Source of the DNA: Gammaproteobacteria bacterium
GTDB lineage: Bacteria; Pseudomonadota; Gammaproteobacteria; Eutrophobiales; Eutrophobiaceae
Assembly (NCBI GenBank): GCA_965215365.1
Contig: CBDCDS010000003.1
Span: 320,001 to 384,000, forward strand
Reading direction: 5' to 3'
DNA: 64,000 bases
Shown here in pieces: positions 58,830 through 64,000 of this stretch; the stretch's first letter is position 1; each line of letters starts with the position of its first letter. Position numbers and translations under genes: made by a program. A model generated the notes under the pieces. It had not been told where the DNA came from. It did no database searches and was given only the letters and a program-made list of their open reading frames with translations.

Positions 58830-59764
58830 GATAGTTTCTCCGCCACTCTCAAAGTTGCGCTGCGGCCGCGCGGGTTGCGTGCGTTGGCCGCCGCCCCGGG
58901 CTGTTGCGGCGCTCCTATTGCGCGCAAGACGGGCTTTATCTGCGCGGCGGCAACGGGCAGGTAACTCGGGTAAGGGTCGGCCCGGAACTGCTGTCTGATG
59001 AAGCGTTTTACGATGCGATCTTCACCGGAATGAAAACTGATCACGGCCAGCCGGCCGCCGACCCGCAGCGCCTCGAGTGCCTGGGTCAGCGCGGTGCGCA
59101 ATTCCTCCAGTTCATGATTGATGTGGATGCGGATGGCCTGGAAGGAACGGGTCGCGGGGTGTTGGTCCCGCTCCAGAGTGGGAACCACGGTCTTGATCAG
59201 TTCGGCAAGTTGCGAGGTGGAGGTGAGGGGCTGCTCGGCACGCCGCGCCACGATGGCCCGGGCGATGCGTCGGGCATAGCGCTCCTCGCCGAAATTGCGC
59301 AACACTGCGCTGATTTCCGCTTGGGTGGCGCGGTTTATCCAAGTCGCCGCGCTGCAACCTGTGGTCGGGTTCATTCTCATGTCAAGCACGCCATCCCGGA
59401 GAAAACTGAACCCCCGGGACGCATCATCCAGTTGCGGCGAGGAAACCCCCAGGTCAAACAACAAACCATCCACCAGGCCCGCCAGACCCAGGTTATCGAC
59501 AACTTCAGCAAGACGGGTGAACGAACCGGCATAGCAACTGAAGCGTGGGTCACCGGCAAACTCCTGCCTGGCAAACCTGAGCGCGTCCGGGTCCTTGTCA
59601 AATGCCAGCAGGCGCCCGCATGCGCCAAGACGCTCGAGTATCGCCCTGCTATGACCGCCGCGACCGAAGGTACAGTCCACATAACAACCGTGCGGACGCA
59701 AAGCCAGCGCTTCGATGGCCTCATCCAGCAGTACCGGTTCATGTGTGTAATCATTCAAATTCAA
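58826..59764 (-). CDS. rsmH: 16S rRNA m4C1402 methyltransferase
   Basis: HEPVLL, DCTFGRGGHS, DLGVSSPQLD, FQAIRI. Confidence 0.97.
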   Translation of the reverse strand: MNLNDYTHEPVLLDEAIEALALRPHGCYVDCTFGRGGHSRAILERLGACGRLLAFDKDPDALRFARQEFAGDPRFSCYAGSFTRLAEVVDNLGLAGLVDGLLFDLGVSSPQLDDASRGFSFLRDGVLDMRMNPTTGCSAATWINRATQAEISAVLRNFGEERYARRIARAIVARRAEQPLTSTSQLAELIKTVVPTLERDQHPATRSFQAIRIHINHELEELRTALTQALEALRVGGRLAVISFHSGEDRIVKRFIRQQFRADPYPSYLPVAAAQIKPVLRAIGAPQQPGAAANARNPRGRSATLRVAEKLS

Positions 59765-59773
59765 TGAGAAGGA

Positions 59774-60232
59774 TCACAAGGACAGTGATTGCAGCGCTGC
59801 GGCCGGCGCCCCCTGTTCGTCACCTACCTGCTGCAACCAGTGCTCACGCTGTGCCTGCCAACTGGTTCTGTTCCAGATTTCAAATTTATTGCCCTGACCC
59901 AGCAGCACCGCCTGTTTATCGATTTGGGCATAGTCGCGCAGTTCCGCCGGGATCAGGATTCTGCCGTGCGTGTCCAACTGGCAATCGGTGGCATAGCCGC
60001 GCATCATCTGCTTGGCCCGGCGGCTGCGAGTATCAAAATCCGACAGGTCTGCCAGTTTTGCTTCGATAATTTCCCATTCGGGCAACGGGTACAGCCACAG
60101 GGAACGATCCAGCGGATTCAAGGTCTGCACCAGCGCGCCGTCAGCCCCACCCACGAGCCGTTCGCGATAACGGCTGGGTACGGCCAATCTGCCCTTGCTA
60201 TCAAGACTGACGCTGCTGAAACCCCGGAACAT
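59774..60232 (-). CDS. mraZ: Transcriptional regulator MraZ
   Basis: LDSKGRL..P and LDTHGRILIP repeats. Confidence 0.96.
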   Translation of the reverse strand: MFRGFSSVSLDSKGRLAVPSRYRERLVGGADGALVQTLNPLDRSLWLYPLPEWEIIEAKLADLSDFDTRSRRAKQMMRGYATDCQLDTHGRILIPAELRDYAQIDKQAVLLGQGNKFEIWNRTSWQAQREHWLQQVGDEQGAPAAALQSLSL

Positions 60233-60258
60233 TTCTCAACCCCTCTGACACATTTAGT

Positions 60259-60284
60259 ACCACAATTACCCACTTTCTCCCACA
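60259..60284 (-). promoter_or_regulatory. MraZ boxes
   Basis: Minus strand TGTGGG-AGAA-AGTGGG-TAAT-TGTGGT, 10-bp period. Confidence 0.85.
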
Positions 60285-60550
60285 ATCTCTAACTATAGAA
60301 AGCAAAGCAGGGGGCTGTCAAGTAAATGTTGTAACTTTTCCGTAAAAATTTGCCAGTGTTACAAGCACTTATGCGAGACTGTGCGAAGCAGTCGGTGGGA
60401 ATTGAGAAATAAACTTATATAAATTAGATAGTTGTCAAGGTTTATTGAGAAAAGACAGAAGGAGGGAGAGGGACAAGCACAAAGTGAGGGGGTGAGAAGT
60501 TACTACTGGTAACCTCTAAAAAAAGTGTCCCTTCGAGACTTTTTCCCACT

Positions 60551-60600
60551 GGATTCCCGCATTCGCGGGAATAACGATGAAGAGATCGGGAATGACGAAC
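60551..60600. repeat. ATTCCC-N8-GGGAAT (dRS3/REP-like) hairpin with GGGAATGAC tail
   Basis: ATTCCCGCATTCGCGGGAAT; GGGAATGACGAAC also occurs at 702-714. Confidence 0.6.
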
Positions 60601-60626
60601 GGGGGGGGCGAGGAGTTACGGGTACC

Positions 60627-61013
60627 CTACTGCTTATAAAACCAGAACTCCATCTCCACCGCGGCGTTGATGGGCAGCGCGCTGACACCAATGGCGGTAC
60701 GGGCGGGGAGACGCCTATCGGCGCTGAATACAGCTTCCCAGGCTTTGTTGATGTCCGCGAACCGGCCCATCTGCGTAGTGAAAATGCTGGCGCTGACCAT
60801 ATCATCTAGGGACAGGCCGAAATCGGGCAAGGCTTCGAGCAGGTTGCTGAGGATCCTGGCCGCCTCGGCGCCGGCGCCGCCTTGCTCCAGAGCGCCAGTC
60901 TCCTTGTTCAAGGCGAGCATGCCCGCGGTTTTGTAGAACGGGCCAGCCTTGACCAGCGGACTGTAGCGGAACAGCGGCGCCGACAGGTTGTTTGAACTGA
61001 GTGCTTGTATCAT
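60627..61013 (-). CDS. RidA/YjgF-family protein
   Basis: YSPLV, PARTAIGVSALP..AAVEME. Confidence 0.88.
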   Translation of the reverse strand: MIQALSSNNLSAPLFRYSPLVKAGPFYKTAGMLALNKETGALEQGGAGAEAARILSNLLEALPDFGLSLDDMVSASIFTTQMGRFADINKAWEAVFSADRRLPARTAIGVSALPINAAVEMEFWFYKQ

Positions 61014-61050
61014 GGGTCGAAGTCCTCGTTTATGAGGGATATTATACCTT

Positions 61051-61100
61051 AAAAAAATCCGGCGCGATGTTCGCGTCGCTTGGTGAGATATGCGGGTTAA
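61051..61100 (+). repeat. Solo right end of MITE family A
   Basis: AAAAAATCCGGCGCGATGTTCGCGTCGCTTGGTGAGATATGCGGGTTAA. Confidence 0.82.
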
Positions 61101-61164
61101 ACAGCTTGCGTAATCATCTTGTGCGCGGCCTAGAACAGTGAGCTTGCCGGATTGGCCGACAAGC

Positions 61165-62496
61165 TCAATTCTCACTCTCCCGGGCATCCCACAATTCCTG
61201 CCAATGATTGACCATGTAAAAGGGTATGGAAACAACGGGGGGTTGATATTGCAACGGCGCGGCCGATATTTTAATACCCCATCGTTGTTGTCTTTCCGAG
61301 AGAAACTGGTGCAGGCTTCTCAAGCGCCCGGTTTTCCCTGCTTTTACCTCTATCGGCACGAGGTCAGTACCGGATTGGCATACATAATCAATTTCAGCGC
61401 TGCTGTTTCTGGCCTCTCTGGCCCAGTAATACAGCGCCGGCCTAGTGAAACAATCCTGGCAGGCAAGCAGTTCCTGCCCGACAAATTGCTCCATTAACGC
61501 GCCATGATAGAGCGCCATCAGCTCTTTCTCCCGGATGATGTCTGTCGCCAGACCACAAAGGTTTTGCATCAGCCCGACATCAAGAAAAAGCACTTTGAAA
61601 AAACGCTCGTTGATATTGGCTCCCAGGGGCAAGCCCTCAGCGGATGACTTGATGACTTTGTGATATACCCCGGCCAGCGCCAGTAATTCCAAGGCGGTTT
61701 TTATGTTTCTGGAAAGTTCATCAGGGTCAACCCTGGCATATTTGAACTTGCTTCCCACCTGTTGCACGGCGGACTCGAATACCCTGCCGACGTTTTCGTG
61801 GCGTCCGAATTTTACGTATTTGTTGAAATCATCCCGATAAGTCTGTAGCAGGGAGGTCTGGATTTGGCGACATTGCTCATAGTTCCCGGACTCCAGGTAT
61901 TCCGCCACCACTTCAGGCATACCTCCGAGCAGCAGGTATTCCCTTACCCGGTCAAGCAGAGTGTTGTGAACCACCGGTTCTGCGAACAAACTACGGTCAT
62001 TTTTGAGCGCTTCGACTACCGTCTCCTGCCCCCGGGCAAGCAGGAACTCCTCAAAACCCATGGGCTTCATGTACAGGTACTGGACACGCCCCACCGGCAT
62101 GGGCAAACCACTCGTGCTCAGGGTCAGCTCCAGCAATGAACCCGCCGCAATCACGTGCAGTTCCGGCGTTTCCTCATAGAAGTAGCGCAACACCGAAACA
62201 GCCTTGGGAAATGCCTGGATCTCGTCTATAAACAACAGTGTTCTGCCGGGAACGACTTTTTGCCCGGTGAGTATTTCGATTTTGTTGAGTATCTCCCTGG
62301 GCTTCATACTCCGGAACAGTTCCGCAACCTGCGGTTCCGATTCAAGATTGATGACCGCCATAGCAGCAAATTCCTGCTCACCAAAGCGTTGCACAGACCA
62401 GGATTTCCCCACCTGACGCGCACCCCGGATCAACAAGGGCTTGCGCCTAGGAGCATCACGCCAAGCCCGCAGAACAGCATCAATGGAACGCTTCAC
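61165..62496 (-). CDS. AAA_14-DUF4143 ATPase with PD-(D/E)XK-like tail
   Basis: GARQVGKS, IDEIQ, AGS, PVGR, GGMP, FLDVG, EIDYV...IEVK; GTG start with GGAGG. Confidence 0.88.
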   Translation of the reverse strand: MKRSIDAVLRAWRDAPRRKPLLIRGARQVGKSWSVQRFGEQEFAAMAVINLESEPQVAELFRSMKPREILNKIEILTGQKVVPGRTLLFIDEIQAFPKAVSVLRYFYEETPELHVIAAGSLLELTLSTSGLPMPVGRVQYLYMKPMGFEEFLLARGQETVVEALKNDRSLFAEPVVHNTLLDRVREYLLLGGMPEVVAEYLESGNYEQCRQIQTSLLQTYRDDFNKYVKFGRHENVGRVFESAVQQVGSKFKYARVDPDELSRNIKTALELLALAGVYHKVIKSSAEGLPLGANINERFFKVLFLDVGLMQNLCGLATDIIREKELMALYHGALMEQFVGQELLACQDCFTRPALYYWAREARNSSAEIDYVCQSGTDLVPIEVKAGKTGRLRSLHQFLSERQQRWGIKISAAPLQYQPPVVSIPFYMVNHWQELWDARESEN

Positions 62497-62536
62497 GATC
62501 GGCGCCTCCGGCAAATAAGAAGGCACTATACTACAG

Positions 62537-62592
62537 ATTTGTCAAAAATACAAGGTAATTATTGACAGAATTTGTCAAAAATACAGGGTAAT
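62537..62592. repeat. 23-bp direct repeat with 33-bp period upstream of AAA-DUF4143 gene
   Basis: ATTTGTCAAAAATACA(A/G)GGTAAT at 62537 and 62570; nested TTGACA-N5-TGTCAA. Confidence 0.92.
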
Positions 62593-62604
62593 AAAAATTC
62601 AACT

Positions 62605-62882
62605 CTCCCGAACTGTGTTGCGAGGTTGAACACTGCGGAGGTCTCGGTTTTCACTCCGTTTAATCGCCGCGCCACCTGCCCGGCAAGTTCCAGCAATGTC
62701 GTGGTCAGAAATGTCTTTTCAAAAAACCGTGCCGGGTCCTGGTAATCTTCCGGCGCCGCGCCGTCCCGCACCTTGCCCAGGTGCACAGCAAGCTCCGCCG
62801 CATCCAAAGGCTTGCCCTCGCGCAGGTCGGCCCGTGGCGTGACTACCTTGTACCAGGGTTTTAACCGCTTTTTGATACTCAT
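62605..62882 (-). pseudogene. N-terminal fragment of a DUF499-type ATPase
   Basis: LKPWYKVVTPRADL..AVHL..YQDPARFF; breaks at NLATQFG where the Walker A should continue. Confidence 0.72.
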
Positions 62883-63013
62883 CCCCTCTGTTCAAGTATT
62901 GACGTTTTACGAATGTGGCTCTTCCAGCGTTTGTGCCCGGTTGCCGGCGGCGTGGATAAGCCGAGGGAACTGGCTGCCGATGTCTGAAGGGTGGGTTTCT
63001 CAGGGGCGAATGG

Positions 63014-63187
63014 TTACTGCTGTTTAGACGAAGCAGGTGGCGCAGGCGGATTAGGAGGGGGCGCCGGCTTCAAAGTGGCAACGGGAAGAGGGTTTGGGTT
63101 ACTGTCCTCGGTTTGCAGGGAAGGACTGAATTGCGCTGGATCTGGAAACGGATTTGAGCCTCTTCTAAGTGGTACTTTTTCGGTCAT
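63014..63187 (-). CDS. Small proline-rich peptide (57 aa)
   Basis: MTEKVPLRRGSNPFPDP...SNPNPLP...PPPNPPAPP; overlaps the upstream remnant. Confidence 0.45.
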   Translation of the reverse strand: MTEKVPLRRGSNPFPDPAQFSPSLQTEDSNPNPLPVATLKPAPPPNPPAPPASSKQQ

Positions 63188-63293
63188 ATCTTTCACCCGG
63201 TTTAACAAATTCTACCCATTGAACATCTTCAGCGTTTATAAGTATACCATCCAGTTCCGATAAGTCTAATTCCGTCCCATCTTCGCGAATCCA
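63165..63293 (-). pseudogene. C-terminal remnant resembling DUF6338 family
   Basis: Manual translation WIREDGTELDLSELDGILINAEDVQWVEF. Confidence 0.5.
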
Positions 63294-63371
63294 ACTATTG
63301 CTTCATCCGAAGCGTTCCGTGTCAACCTCCTTGATTTGCTCAGGTTTCATGACCAATCTTCTCAAGTTTGC

Positions 63372-63998
63372 TCACACTGACGTCAATGCTTCCACATCCT
63401 CCAGTTTCATCACTTCCGTGTATTTCATCTTCAAGTCGAACAGGTTGGCCTGGTGCTGGGCGATGGAGCGGTCGCCTACGCAATCTTCGACGATGACGGG
63501 CCGGAAACCGTGGCATACGGCATCGACCGCGGAGGCGCGCACGCAACCGCTGGTGGTGGCGCCGGTGATGAACAGGGTTTTGATGCCGCGCAGGGTCAGC
63601 GCCGAGGCCAGGTGGGTGCCGAAAAACGCAGAGGGATAGCGTTTGCGGATAATCAGGTCGCCCGGCGCCGGAGGCAGTTGCGGCACTATGTGGCTGAGCT
63701 CAGAGGCTTCGGTAAAGGCCAGACAGCCCGGCACCTTGTCGGTGAACACATTGGCGTCGGAACCGTCATCCGCATACACCACGCGGGTGTAGCTGACCAG
63801 CCAGCCACGCGCACGCGCCAGTGCCAGTAACTTAACAGTCTGCTGAATCGCAGAGTCGATATTGCCACCGCCGAACACTTCCGGGTCGGCAAAACCATTG
63901 ATAAAATCCACCAGCAGCAGCCCCGCCGGCGCCTGCAGCTCCAAGCTGTTGCCAAAGCCCTGACGGTCATACACTGCCTGTTCGTGCGTGTCGGTCAT
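63372..63998 (-). CDS. Isochorismatase-family cysteine hydrolase (maleamate/N-carbamoylsarcosine amidase-like)
   Basis: LLVDF, KRYPSAFFGT, TTSGCVRAS; the start may lie at or beyond the window edge. Confidence 0.88.
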   Translation of the reverse strand: MTDTHEQAVYDRQGFGNSLELQAPAGLLLVDFINGFADPEVFGGGNIDSAIQQTVKLLALARARGWLVSYTRVVYADDGSDANVFTDKVPGCLAFTEASELSHIVPQLPPAPGDLIIRKRYPSAFFGTHLASALTLRGIKTLFITGATTSGCVRASAVDAVCHGFRPVIVEDCVGDRSIAQHQANLFDLKMKYTEVMKLEDVEALTSV

Positions 63999-64000
63999 CA

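Noticed and set aside
60290-60500. rnpB or another RNA gene upstream of mraZ
   Set aside because: AT-rich sequence with no recognisable RNase P, tRNA or rRNA motifs; none recognised anywhere in the window.

Overview
Gammaproteobacterial chromosomal segment. Core genes: SPOR/FtsN-like, priA, mrcA, aroKB, single-chain pyc, a Gld-like ABC operon, phasin, glyQS, plsC and a complete dcw cluster (mraZ to lpxC, dciA, M23 peptidase). Between them lie accessory hot spots with toxin-antitoxin pairs (RelE-like, HipBA, PIN, DUF6036, DUF2442/DUF4160), an IS1634 with a 175-bp target duplication, an internally deleted IS4-family element, a TolC/PAS-adaptor/MacB exporter and many deletion-compressed defence gene remnants. 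Two patterns stand out. (1) Four intact and one remnant AAA_14-DUF4143 ATPase-nuclease genes are each directly preceded by their own different inverted or tandem repeat, mostly with 22/33-bp periodicity, over the promoter; four look leaderless. (2) A MITE end (TAACCCGCATATCTCACC) occurs about 12 times. It often sits in a second short repeat (CCTCTAA..TTAGAGG) and supplies start or stop codons to host genes; one full copy inserted into codon 4-5 of essential glyS and re-supplies an in-frame ATG. Family names come from recognising motifs by eye, not from database searches.
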